Source of the DNA: Antedon mediterranea
Lineage: Eukaryota > Animalia > Echinodermata
Direction: 5' to 3'
NCBI RefSeq assembly: GCF_964355755.1
Contig: NC_092670.1
Span: forward strand, 34,584,388 to 34,648,387
DNA: 64,000 nucleotides
Shown: one piece after another, positions 44,255 through 59,200 of the stretch
How the letters are laid out: each line of letters opens with the position of its first letter
Numbering within the stretch: position 1 is the stretch's first letter
Position numbers and translations under genes: made by a program
Notes under the pieces: model-generated
The model's input: the letters and a program-made list of their open reading frames with translations, nothing else
The model's database searches: none
What the model was told of the DNA's origin: nothing

Positions 44255-47200
44255 ATGGACAGAAGACCGGTACTTAGCGCTAGAAGTATGGAGCGTAGAC
44301 TTTTTTCTTGTATATTAACTTTTATATTTTATATAACATATTGTAATGGATATAACTTGGATACTTCCTATCCAATTGTACATAAATTCGACGAAATTGG
44401 CAGTCTTTTTGGATTTTCAGTAGCTCAACACAGCGTAGGAAACACAAAATGGTAAGTTTGAATTCTTTTTATTTCCGATGGTAGGCCTAGATAGTAGTCC
44501 ACACGACACACTACATGATAGAATACAGGAAGTGAGTTATAAGCTGTATTCCTTCATACATTTAACAACAATTATAGATTACAATGAATTGGATATATAT
44601 CATCACTGGTAAAGTATTTCATTTTTAAAGTGATTTTCACCACACTGATTTATCACGAATTATATATTAAAACATTTAATATTTTATTGATGACATTTGA
44701 TTATTTATATAATTAAATTAATAATAGGCCTACTCATCACACTGAATATTATGATTAATATATATAATGAATAATGATAATAATTATTATTATTATGTAC
44801 AGTAGGTTTAATAATAGTTAGTAGTACTTAATTAAAATAAACAATTTTAATAAATACTTTACCTTAGTAGTATTGGTTTTCAGTCTAAAAATATATACAG
44901 TATACAGTATTATAATGTAATAGCAATAATATGAATGTTAAATACTTTACCTGTACAGCATGTTGTTTTGCTACTATGGACTAAATACTAGCCCACCTCC
45001 TAACTCTTCTCTCTTTTTTGTTGGCCAGAAAAGTTTAAATTTTGTACTGTATGTCTAACAGACATGATTTCTATTTTTAATTGATTTCCTTAATTTCCCC
45101 TAAAGGTTAATTGTAGGTGCTCCAAATGCCAACACTACTGGTGCTAGTGTTACACAGAATGGAGCTGTATACCGATGTCCGGTTACCCCATTCTCAAACC
45201 CTGGTAGATGTACTAAGATTGATTTTGATAATCAAGGTAAGGATATCCTTGATAAAAGTAGTTTTTATTGTCAGGGGTGGAGTCAGGCTAATGGTGTGCC
45301 CTCACCTACTACCCCTTCGACAGCAAAATTGCAGTAATGAACTACTACTTTTTAATCTGTTTCTGACAGACTATTATATTTCAGCGCATTTAAATATCTT
45401 GGATCCGCCTATGTTTGTTACATTTCCATCTTTTTCATCATTTATATCTATTTTTGGGTCCCAAAGGTGTCCCCTTAATAGGTGTACTACTAAAGACATA
45501 CTTATTTCACTCATTCATCTTTTAAGTAGTTATCTAACAATACTGTAGAACATTACTCATTATTTACTTTTATTGGCATGAAAAATCAAGTATCAACTTA
45601 TAAAATGGCAATATCCGTAGAGGTTATACCAACTTTATTCACATCATCATACATAAATAGTACAATTATACAATACAATATGTATGTGTGTGTGAAAAGG
45701 AGCCAAAAAATAGCTTTCGCTAATCAAGGTTTGACTCCTGTCACAAAAAATAAATTAGTCATAATGCATACATTTTCATCTATCAACAATAATTTAATAA
45801 GAAAGAAACAGCAACTATATGAAAGAAATAACGTAAATAACGTAAACAAGGGCTAACATTTATTATTGTAAAAGTAAACATTTAACTTCATTTATGAATT
45901 TAAATCTAGAAGAGGTACATTTTATAACTAAGGGTAAACAAAAATATTACTCAAAATTGTCAAAATATAATAAACAATAATGATTACATTCAATTATAAG
46001 AAATCCAGCAACAATATATTTGATATCAAAACACCCTTAAAAAATTACAAGTTATATCCTTCAAGTACTGTAAATTATTAATCATTCTAAAAAAAAAAAC
46101 ACCCCAGATTTGAAACATAATATTATGTGGTACTGTATATTCAAAACTTAATTTTTAGTAAAAGTCCATTTTTTGTTACAAACTTTTACAGACAGCACAG
46201 CCCCAACTCCAAATATTAAAGATGACCAGTGGCTTGGTGCCTCTGTAGCTAGCTCAGGGGCAGATGGCACTGTTGTGGTATGTATACGAATTTTAAATTT
46301 GTTATTTATTTATACTGGGTAGCTTATGATCAGTGGTAGTGTGTGTACTAGTACACTGGGATAATCCCCTCCTACTCGTCTCGAAAGATGTACAGTATTA
46401 GGTTCACATGAGCTACTGTAGATGTGTACATTGACCTGTGGTTTATAGTCCATATCAGTTTTTGAATTCAAAAGAATTTGGGACCACTATAAACAGAAAT
46501 CTGGTTAAATTTAAAAAATGTACAGTAGTCTGGTTTTAGAAGAGTCATACAGTAGCCAACTACACATTATTTGGGGATTCCAAACCTAAAATTGAGCCAT
46601 TTTTCAAACCCACCTTACTAAATTTAAGTTTTACTGTAGTTCCACAGACTTGATAAAAACTAAACTAAATATCTTCAAAACCAGCATTTCTTAAGATCCG
46701 AATTGTTGTTTTTATCATAAAAAACACATTCAGAATATCAGACTTTTCAGAAAACCAGACATATTAGGTCAGCCCAAGGGTGTCCAGCATGGGGAGAGTT
46801 GACTGTATTGAATTGGATTTTGTTGAATGTGTGAAAAATTAATAATTAAACAAAACACAAGAGAAAACCTACATTAGGGGATGCAAAACAAGTTTTTTTT
46901 GCTTCAAGATTTGCACAGTTTAGGAATAACCCTTTGTACTGTATGATCTAATCCAGGGCCGTAACCACCAGTACGGTTTAGCAGGTTTCAACTTGACCAC
47001 TTTTTCACAGAGGCATTTGACAACCCAGTTGCCTAAACAGAGATTGTTACCTTAATTTCTTGGGAAAACCGCACCACTTTATTTCTTGTAGCTACAAAAG
47101 TTTAATTTATTTCTCAAATCTTGTTTTTTTATACAATTCTATCTTGATAGGCCTGTGCTCCGAGGTTTGTGTGGCGGCACAGTGGAAGTTCGTCGACATT

Positions 47201-50200
47201 CCAGGACGAACCAGTTGGCAGATGCCATTCTGTCAAAAAGAACTTCTTGGAATTTCAATCTTATTCTCCATGTTATGAAACTCGAGGTAATTTTTATTTT
47301 AATTTTATTTGTTTTTTTTTGTTTTATCTGCATTTTTGGTGCAGAATATTGCAAACAAAACATAAAGCATGGATGATGATCATTATTATAATCAAAATTA
47401 TCATCATCATCATCAACAGAAATCATAATTACACTGGAACCCCCATCTTTTGGTATACCCCTATTAAGGCGACACCTTTCCATAAAACAAACAAGCAGAA
47501 GTATATCTTTTAAAACAACCCATATTCAGAGCCACCCTATTAAATGGCCACTTTTTGGGTATAGAAGGTGTCCCCTTAATTTGGTTCTTCTACTACTGTA
47601 TAACTAATTGTAAAATTCAATTGTAACATTCCGTGGGTCAAAGTTATATTTTAAACTGGTTATTCCTTGCCTGTTCAGATTTATTCTCCGTGTATTTTGT
47701 ATTTTTTATGGCTAATAAATAAAGGAAATGAAATGAAAACAATTAAAGTTTATAATTTGCATGTTATATAACTGCTTTTGTAATTCACAAAACACTATTA
47801 CAAACAAATGGAATATACTTATATACTATTCAATTCAATTCAACTTTTATTTCAGACAATTGTCCATATGGTATAATACATTACAAAGAAAAAAAAAGAT
47901 GAAGGAGAGAGGACCAAAACTTTTATTTATTTGTATATAATGCCTCTCTCCATTTGTAGTACATGTTTGAATCCATCAACAAATATTTATATATACAAAT
48001 TAACATTCTGTTTTATGAACTCATTTTGCATTATTAAAAACAAAACTTTCGCTACATATGAAAATACAATTGACATTCATTGTTAGAATTTATATCCATT
48101 GTTAAAAATTAAATGGTCCAGAATGAAGCAATGATTTGGAAAATAAAAAATGAAAGAATGAAACAAATTATACAATAGCAAATTATCGTAATATTTAAGT
48201 GATGATATTTTTTAATGAAGTACAGTAAGCTTGTCTGTGCCTCTTGGCTCACGACAGATCACCATTGCTGTAACCTGCCTTGTTGTGGAAGGAAATATTA
48301 GCAAGCTGTCACAGCACTATTACATGTCCCCAATGTTTTACCAGAAAATGCTTGTACCAGCATTTATTTAAATAAAGTCATCACAAGATTTCTAAAAAAA
48401 GTGAACGAATTGCAATTTACAGTCTAGTTTTAATAGTATATGAATGTCAGTCCACCATACTGGATACATAATATTAGATAGTTGAATTTAAAGCCCTCAA
48501 GAGTTATATCTTATTTAGGGGTGGGGCAGGGGGAGGTGAGGTTGATGGGTGACCAATCACAATGCGGTTGGCATCTTTTCTTTAACCTACCTTAAATGCT
48601 CCCATCAACACAATTGCCTAGTTGAATTTCAAGCCCTGTAGAGATATATTTTTTAGGGGTGGGTAGGGGAGGGAGATTGATGGGTGATTACGATTGGAAG
48701 ACCAATCACAATGCAGTTAATTTAGGCGCCCTTTCTTTAACTTTAAGTACTCCTATCAACACTTCATCTACAGTAGATCATTGATTGATATTTTTTTCCT
48801 TGTATGACTTGCAGCATTCCTATGCCATTATCAAAGAATTACACTAAGCATGTTTTGTGGCTAACAGCTGTAGGTATGACTAAAAGCCGGCTTAATCCTT
48901 CCTCTGAAGTGCTATTAAATGCCTCTGTATCAACCGTGCTTGGAATTATCATTAGTTAATGATTTCAGTTTCAGGAAATGGCGATACTAGCTATGTAATG
49001 ACACAATTGTTGTCATTTATAAACTAAAACCTGACGTTGATGAAATATAAATGAGTGATGAGAATGTTTATTAAAGCGAAAGAACATTTATGAAAGTATT
49101 ATTTTATTTATACATAATTTTGATTCATTTTAAATTAAGTTTTTAATTATTTTTTATTTCCTCTTGTTTTCATTCAGTGTGTGATTTAAACTCTCTGAAT
49201 TTATTTCCTCTATGATTTTAATTTTGCCTTGATTTTCCCATCAATTTTTATTGTAGATCGCTTCATGATTTTAATTCAGATTCAGATTTATTTGGTCCTT
49301 GCGGAAATTCATGGTTATTATTTCTTCCATGATTTAAACATAGAAAAGATATTATAGTGAACAATTTCTGTATTAAATTCTTCTGTGAGTTCAATTCTGC
49401 TATGATTTTAATTCTTCCGTGATTTTTATTCTTAAATTCCTCAATCTTTATTTTCCATGATTTCTCTCCTGATTTATATGGAATTCTTCCTTGATTTTAT
49501 TTCTTCCATGATTTTAATTCTTCAATTTTTCCATAGTTTCTCCTCTGATTTTAAATCAACCTTATAATTGTAAACACATTTAGAGTACAATAATATTGTT
49601 TGATACTGAATTCAAAATCTGATTTGACCCTTTCTGGGTAGTTAGTTGGCACAATTGGTAGTGTTCCAGCTTTCTGACAATAATACCAGCAATTTACATC
49701 ATATGTTGCCTACTTCCCTTGCTAATACTGATCAGGTATTCAGCAGAAGTGGATCCAGGATTTTGATATAGGGAGAATAGAATTGGGAGGGATTACATTG
49801 AGGGCCTAAAAATTAAGGGTCTGAACTTAACCTACTGTATCTTCTATCTTTTTCATTGCAATTTTGTAACCTGTAGGGGAAAGGGCAGGCCGGCTGGATC
49901 CACCTACTGTTTGATTATGTTTAAGATACCCCAAACCCAAACCGCTCTTTTGAGCGTGCTCTAGCGGAATCGAAGGACACAGTCGCCGAGTTACTGTACT
50001 GTACTCTGTATGGTACAGTATTGTTTGTTTCCTTTTCTTTCTTATCCCAGCTACTGGACATGTAAATGGGTACCAGCAAACTGTAAAATTATTTTAAGTA
50101 TAATTATACCGTTTCATTCCATGGAGTTCCTAAATATACAGTAATTAGACTAGAAAATTAAAAACCAATCAGATAAGATAAATTAATGAATTTCAATGAA

Positions 50201-53200
50201 TAAACAAAAACACTGACAAATTATTTGTATTGTGTATAATTGTTAGATAATACAATAGAATTCATACTATCTAGAGGACATCCCTACTGTATCTAGAGGA
50301 CATCCCTACTGTATCTAGAGGACATCCCTACTGTATCTAGAGGACATCCCTACTGTATCTAGAGGACATCCCTACTGTATCTAGAGGACATCCCTACTGT
50401 ATCTAGAGGACATCCCTACTGTATCTAGAGGACATCCCTACAGTATCTAGAGGACATCCCTACAGTATCTAGAGGACATCTCTACTGTATCTAGAGCACA
50501 TCCCTACTGTATCTAGAGGACATCCCTACTGTATCTAGAGGACATCCCTACTGTATCTAGAGGACATCCCTACTGTATCTAGAGGACATCCCTACTGTAT
50601 CTAGAGGACATCCCTACAGTATCTAGAGGACATCTCTACTGTATCTAGAGCACATCCCTACTGTATCTAGAGGACATCCCTAGTGTATCTAGAGGACATC
50701 CCTACTGTATCTAGAGGACATCCCTACTGTATCTAGAGGACATCCCTATTGTATCTAGAGGACATCCCTACTGTATCTAGAGGACATCCCTACAGTATCT
50801 AGAGGACATCCCTACAGTATCTAGAGGACATCTCTACTGTATCTAGAGGACATCCCTACTGTATCTAGAGGACATCCCTACAGTATCTAGAGGACATCTC
50901 TACTGTATCTAGAGCACATCCCTACTGTATCTAGAGCACATCCCTATTACAGTAATAGGACACTTTCCCTTGAAAAGAAGAACAAAGTGCAATATTTAAC
51001 TCTATGGCCATCTCCTATTGTATACCCCTATTAAAGGGGACACTTTTTCGTCTCGTCTCGTATGTGTCCCTTGAATAGAGCCTCTACTGTACTTAATCAC
51101 TCTACTACTCTACTACTCACTATAAACAGACCAAATACAATAACAAAATTGAATTATTAAAATATTATTAAATCAAATTATTAATATCATACTTTTATTT
51201 TTAGTTAAAAATAATTTCTTTAATAATTTTCACGGTAATAAATAATTGTTTCCTTGTTCTTAGTCAGTGGATGTTGTTATGACTCAAAGGTCACCGGGGT
51301 CAACCATCATATTAATATGTTAATGACATCACTACCTAATTACAGCATCAAGTGTCAAATATATAAATTACAATGTGTGAACAGACTTGCTTGTAATTAA
51401 CAAGTTTAAGCCCATTATTTTCTGAAGTTAACCATTTGAAATTTATTTTGTTTAAAGATTATTATTGTATTGTCCCCTTAAAAAATAGTTTTTTAAAATT
51501 TGTTCTTGAATATAGCATTTTAATGTCACATATAAACAGTTATTAACTTTGACCAAAAACTGGATCGAACAGTTTTTTAAAAACTTTTTATTAAAGTGAA
51601 ATAATTATATTTTTTGTTTTTTCAGAAGTAAATAACTTTATTAAAACTGCAAACTGGCTTATTCAAAGTCTTTTTTTTTTATTATCTTCTTTTTATCTTC
51701 ATTTTTTTAAATGTTTTTGGGGGACAATAAATCTTTAGTATTGTGTTTAGAAATAATTATGTATTGTCCTAAAAACATGAAAAGTAACTTAGATTTAGTT
51801 AAGTATGGGGTTATCTAACAATATTTATTAATGATAGTGTCCGAGTAAAGTAGACAATTTAGTAATAATTATTATATTGCTATTTATCAATTTATTTATT
51901 ACATAACGTGATATTGATTACACCATAGAACCCTTTGGAACATCCCTGTTAAGAGGACACTTTCTAGTGAAATAAATAGGCTCAGGAATACTCAGTTTCA
52001 ATTGAGAATTTAAAGCTCTGTCTACACTATCATACTTTATAAATAATATGATGTGCCCATATATGGACATGAGGATGTCATATCACTACCATATGTGGGC
52101 ATATCACTGCCATAATCGAGCACATCACACTTTTTTTGTCAAATTAGTTTGATAGTGTAGATAGAGCTTAATCATGCATCAATTGAGAAACTAAAATCAG
52201 GGAGGTATCCTCCCTGCTAGAATAGTGCATGACCCCATTAAAATTGTTATGGAATGATTCTGGGTTGATATAAAATAACATGTAATCATTTTTGTCCACA
52301 CTCAGTGATAATATCTTTGTTCATTGACCCAAGTTGTTATAGAATATTCTGGGCTTAATCCTATATAAACTGTAATCATCTGTGTCCACACTCAGTGATA
52401 ATATCAAATATCTATGTTCATGACCCCAAGTTGTTATGGAATATTCTGGCTTAATCCTATATAAAATGTAATCATCTGTGTCCACACTCAGTGATAATAT
52501 CAAATATCTATGTTCATGACCCCAAGTTATTATGGAATATTCTGGGCTTAATCCTATATAAAATGTAATCATCTGTGTCCACACTCAGTGATAATATCAA
52601 AACCCTTGTTCAAGACCCCAAGTTGTTATGGAATATTCTGGCTTAATCCTATATAAAATGTAATCATCTGTGTCCACACTCAGTGATAATATCAACACCC
52701 TTGTTCAAGACCCCAAGTTGTTATGGAATATTCTGGCTTAATCCTATATAAAATGTAATCATCTGTGTCCACACTCAGTGATAATATCAAAACCCTTGTT
52801 CACAGACCCCAAGTTGTTATAGAATATTCTCAGTTTTTCCTATATGAAATTGTATAATTTTTTAATATTAATATACGCTGTCATTAATTCGTGAAAATGT
52901 TTATGTAAGAATTAGAAATAATAGGAAGTAGGAATCACTAACCAGTTAATTTTAAAACATTCATTAAATGACAATAACAAAAAAATACAAATACTCAGGG
53001 AATAATTTCGCCAGTGTAGCATAGCAAAAAGCTATACAAAACAACCTTATTGCTACACATTTGTACAATTGTGTAGCAAAAAATACAATACAAAACTATA
53101 TGTTTCTCGAATCAAAAATCAGTTTGATTAGCAATATTGCTAAACAAAATTTCGAAATGAAATTTTTCCCTGATACTGTACAGCAGTCTTGTGTGTCTGC

Positions 53201-56200
53201 TTGGTTGAAAATACAACCTGAATTATTTCATTTCGTTTTCCTTTACCACTGTGGAAATAAAAAATAATTATCAATGATATTAAATTTTAAAGCCGAAGAA
53301 CTCCCCTTTGAAGTAGTTGTACTGTATATTATTTGACATTTGATATGCAATCATTAGGTAATTTCACTGCATGATTGTGTTGATGTAAGATTGCTCATAA
53401 CACAGAAATAGCTACATTAGATCATATCTGAAGAATTTCCTGGCAACTGAATAGTGCATTCTATGTTGCCACTGGCTGTGGCTAAACATACACTCTGTAG
53501 TTTAGGAAGAAAAGAAAGTGAACATTAGGCCTTTAGTTGTACTGTATGTATTATACTAAGATTTTTATATACTGTAGATTGGTATTTATTAATTTGTTTA
53601 TTTATTATATATGGTAGCAAAGAAATTGAACATTAGGCCTATTAAAGATGTATAACTAAACAAAACAATTTAGACATATCAAATTAAGTGTATGTTCAGA
53701 TCCATGGAGTTTCCATGCTTTCGTATCACAAGCAATGTCATATTATAATTAGCTTAACTAACGCTTTTGTTTGAAAGTTTTGAAACTGACGTGTCACCGA
53801 TTTCTGTAGGTCTGAACAAGCCCTAAGTAAAGTTATACAGTTTATAACACACCTGAGATTCATTGTCATTTTATTGGCTAATTTACCTATCACATGACAT
53901 GACAGGATTACATTAGTTGCTAAACGGAAAAGTAATATTTAACAATGACATGATTCAAGATGGAAACAGCGGGTTAATTAGATAAAAGTTCACTTTGAAC
54001 AGTGGAGTGTGTTTTATTGGTGTGACATGCCTTCTAGCGATAGGAAACTGTTGGCATCTTTTATCCATGGCAAAATATAGCTTTGTTTCATGTTCGATTC
54101 GTGAAATTAATAAAATAAATATCATACAGGTATAAAAAAGTCACTGATATTAACTAAACTACTATGTTTACACATTATTTTCTCTATTAGAGGTAATATG
54201 CGGTATATTGGAGGTACTGTACTGTATATATTCTGCGTTTAAATGCAAAAAGTATGGTGGTTAAACATTCAATATATGGAATACATAGAACGCGCTTGCC
54301 TAATGTTACACTTCTTAAACCTATTGGAGGTAAATTTACAGTACATGGAAACTTTCCTATCTCTGTTGTATCAGAGCATGAATTAATGAATAGATGGATA
54401 CGTACTGTATCGATGGTGACATCAAACGATTTTCCAACGCCTAAAGCACTGCTGCCAATCAAACAAACATGCTCTTTGAACTTCATGTCTCTAACTACGG
54501 CCCTCTATAAAACGCTGCGAATCAACTGTTACATTTTATGATCATGATCAACAACAAAACGTAGCCATGTACAAATCGTATGTGCAGTCTGATTGTTCTA
54601 TTGACATGTCTGCGTCGTCGATTAATTGACAACAAACTATTGCTGAGCAATTAGTTTTGATTTCATTGGAATCGTACTATGAGAAGTTCACTTTCTTACC
54701 ACTGTAATTTAAAGTAGTTGGTAATATTTAATAAAACACATATCCGAGTTAATGAGACAGTTAACTGATACCACACATACTTAAGCTTAAGCATGCATAC
54801 TGTAGAAACAGAGGAAAATCTAGTGTGTCTGAAAACAGATTACTGTATATAGAGTTAATGAGACAGTTAACTGTAGAACAGATGTAAATCTAATGTGTCT
54901 GAACACAAATTACTGTATATTAACAGAGTTAATGAGACAGTTAACTGTAGAACAGAGGTAAATCTAATGTGTCTGAACACAGCTTATTTTAACTTTTCAA
55001 TAATGTGAAATTTGTCTGACATGTGCTAAATACATCTCATTAAACATGTGTGTGGTGTTGCACCTGTTTTGTCTTACTCCTCCTGGACATTATTAGTATT
55101 GTCCACCTTGCATGTCAACACAATCACATTTGTAATACCTAATTATAGATAATGAATTTAAGATTGGATCCTTCGAAATAATTTCCTACTTGGATTAGGT
55201 AATGCATACAAGATGGATTCTAACAATGCTAAAGTTGGACTGTAGATCAGAACCATTCAAATTCCATACTGTATTATTAGTAGCAAAGTATAGTTTGTGA
55301 TAAATAAAAAAAAAAAATGAAAGCTTGACTTGTTTCATGTAGCAAGCAGAATTATGTCACAGCTGGGACATACCATATATGGCATTACAAAATAAGGGCC
55401 TGTTTCCACTGAACAAGAAAATATGGTTTTTAAATACCACATCTTGAAAGGTATTTTCTTGCAAACAGAAATGGGTCCTTTATAAAAAGAAACCATTTTT
55501 AATATGATTTTTAAAGACCATTATGGGTTACAAACCAAGTATAGATTATGTACACAGTAGTACCGTAGTTCAATACAGTAGATTGCGTAGAAGAAGCCAA
55601 TTGTCTTTGCTGTAGTTTCTATTTATCTTATCTAAAAAGATCTTCAGTGTCTCCTCCAAAAGCTCTAATGTTATAGATTTTATAGCCAGATTTTAGCTGG
55701 CAGAACTTCCCTCCTTTGCAAACGTACATCGAAATACGGTAGTCCTCATAGTCATGGCATAATGTATTCAAGTTTTATGTTTTAAATATATATATATATG
55801 TGTTTTGTTGTAGGTTCAAGCATAGGTCATAGTGGAGTAACTCACTGTCAAGCAGGCATGGCAATTGATATTGATCCTGTAAGTACTTATAGTAGGCCTA
55901 CAGTAGCAGATCCAACAGTTTGAATTAAAAGAGTCAGAGGGCTAAACATTAATTAAAATTTAAGTGCCGGCAAGGGTTCGAGGCTCACTCGCTCCATGGT
56001 TCTGGTGGTAGAATGAGTCTTCTCGGATAAGGACTATAAACCGTAGGTCCAGTGTACACATCTAGCTCGTGTGCACTTTAAAGAACCTAGTACATCTTTC
56101 GAGACGAGTAGGGGGTTACCCCGGTGTATTAGTACATCACAGCCACTGATCACCAACTGGGCCCTCTGGGAGACCAGTCTTTGACTGAAGAGGTTACCCA

Positions 56201-59200
56201 GTATAAATATAAATTTCAATTCAATTCAATTCAACTTAAACCTACAGCCTGCTTTCCTGTCGACGTTATTCGACGCTATCGTCGCTGATCGTTAACAGTT
56301 CAACGACGATCGTTTGCAAATGATCAAGTTGAAATGATAACAATAGCGAGTACCTTTTCCTGTAAATTGTTAACATTTCCATGTTTACGTAGATGATCGC
56401 CGATTATTGTTAACGATAGCCACGACTAATGTCGACAGGAAAACAGGCTTAATGTGCTATCTTTTGCATTGTAAATTGCGAGAGGTCTTTAAGGGAGAGG
56501 GGATGGCTTAGATTCACCTATTATGAGTTGGGAGTAGAAAGGGGTTGAGAGATTGAAGGAAGAGGAGAACATATTGCATTCAAGTTACCTCAGACGTTGC
56601 CTAAATTTTAAATCATAGTGAAAAAAGGTTCGAGCCATATTTCCGCAGAGATTGCCAAATCAAAGAAATAATTTACTCCTCAGATGCTGACTGACAAAAA
56701 GGCAACTACTATCTCAATGAAATCGTTGGTTGAATATATAGATCAAATTAGTAACATTGGAACCTTTTTTCTGTAGGAAAATATAATTATGCATGTGGTT
56801 GCTAGCGCCTTGAGCACTTTGAGTGGATATGTGCGCTATATAAATTAGTATAATTATTTTGCAGACCATTCAATTTTATTTTAAAATGTTGATAGGCCTA
56901 TACTTTGTTTTCAGATGACCAATAGAATGTTTTTAGGAGCACCAGGCAGTTTCTATTGGCAAGGTAAGAATTAATTTTAAAAATCATCTTAAACGCTAAT
57001 CGTTGTTAGACAATGCGCGTCTCACTTGTGTCTGCCACTCTGTACGTTTTTGTGCAAGCATGTGTATAGGTCTACATGTGAAAAGTTATGTTTCCTTTTT
57101 ATGTTTGCCATCAATGTTTTCTTCGGTCTTGCTTTTGGTCTTTCTGTGAGCCTCTCCGAGCGCGATCTTAGCTGGTGTTTTTTCATTTAATCGGAGCATA
57201 TGACCATACCATGTCAGCCTTCTTTTTTTTACATCCTTACTCCACTCAATCTCTCATTTTTTCTTTTCTCCATCTTATACAATATTAAACAGTTAAACTT
57301 TCTTGTAGCCAAAATTCATTTTGCCAATTTATTATGAACATTTTAAAAGACTGAAAAAAAAATAAAACCAAATTTTCCAAAGTGGAAATAGTTGGATTTA
57401 TTTAGATTGTTGATAAAATATTGAAATGAAATTAATACCATATCTTCATAAAATTATTAATTCAGTAACTTTTATGTTGGTTTGATACGGTTTGCTATGT
57501 TTTTTTACTAATTAAATATGGAATTACACCAAACAAAATTATCACTGAAGGAAGCAAGATATTTTATGATAAGAAAAATAATATTAAAAAAATACTTTTG
57601 AACCGATATTCCGTAATTTGTCCTAATGACACTATTATTAAATATATAACAATATGCTTTTGAATCTTGAATTTTGAACAAATGAAAGAGATACTCCTTA
57701 TAGTATTAAAATGAAAGATTATTTTGAATTGCCTATTTATAATTTACTTGTTATTATAATGCCCTTCACTTTCACCTATTAAACATGACCTACTTGTATA
57801 TAATAATATGTTAATATTATAATATGTGTGTTCATTAGTGCTCTATGCAACTTTCTGAATGACTATTACGTTTATCTCTATTGAATGATATGACATTATT
57901 TCTCTTTAAAATAGTGTTTAAAACCATACTATGGATTACATTGACACTTTACAGTACATACAGATCCTTCCGGGGAATGCCAATATATTTTGTCCTGTTA
58001 ACTTTCTGTTCTGGTGCTAAATTGGGATTGATGTCATGTTCTCAAAATCTTGGTTGAAAAATAATTGAATTGAATTGATCCTGCCATGGAATCTAATCTT
58101 CTTAAATCTAAAATCATACCTAGCCCTAAAGGATTTTGTATTGCATGGCTGCAGGATGTCTATTTAGTAGTTATGTAGTAACTGAATTTGTTGTGTTAAC
58201 TTGTACATATTCACTAAACACCCAAAGACTGCTGGTCCTGCATGGCTGCAGTAAGTCTATTGTATCCTTAATGAACAGCAGAGATTATGTAGTAACTGAA
58301 TTAGCAAAGTTGTTGTGTTAACTTGTACATATTCACTAAACACCCAAAGACTGCTGGTCCTGCATGGCTGCAGTAAGTCTATTGTATCCTGAACAGCAGA
58401 AATTATGTAGTAACTGAATTATCAAAGTTGTTGTGTTGCTGTAACTACATAATTCACTAAACACCCATAGATTGTTGGTCCTGCATAGCTGCAGTAAGTC
58501 TGTTGAATTCAAAATGAACAGCAGAAGTTGAACCTAATTAATACACAGGTACAGTTGAACCTCCATGAGAGGCCCCTCTCTTAACGGCCGCAATTTTAAA
58601 AGCCTGCTTGTTCTTCCTATCTAATTAGTGCATTTGGTACCTCCCGTATACGGGCACCTCCCGTAAGCGGCCGCCTATTTTTGAAACTAAAAATTAGATT
58701 TTTTGTATGCTAAATTACCTCCCGTAAGTGGCCACCCGAAAAATTTGTATTGACTTTTGACAACAAAAATACAATTTTAATTCTTATGAAGCTTTATATT
58801 ATATTAGCTTTAGTTCGAAACGGTTTTAAAAACATTTCTGTCAAGAACATTCCTGTGTTTTTTAGATGAGATGAGTAAAACTACACAGATTTTGACTGAC
58901 CATTTTCATATGATAAAAGCTTTTAACAATTTTTCTGAAAATCATAAATAATACTAAACCATCAGATAATAAACAATAAAATTAAATTAGCTGGAGAATT
59001 TAGAGGGCTTTAGCGTTAAGAATGCCGAAAAATATCTTGCATAGCCATATACGTGATTTTAAGCGTGGTCACCTTCCGTAAACGGTCACTTTTCCCAGTC
59101 CCGAGGGTGGCCGCTTACAGAAGGTTCAACTGTATCTACATTAAAGACATAAAACCATCTTTGATGACAGATAATTTAATTGATAACGAGATTGTTTTAT

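Noticed and set aside
50266-52835. Regular repeat arrays as possible CRISPR arrays (also 1599-1897 and 61045-63806)
   Set aside because: The units are contiguous with no unique spacers, there are no cas genes, and the context is eukaryotic.
54187-54541. Overlapping ORFs of about 95-99 aa in an integrin intron
   Set aside because: No recognisable domain or splice context; possibly a decayed repeat, but I cannot support a call.
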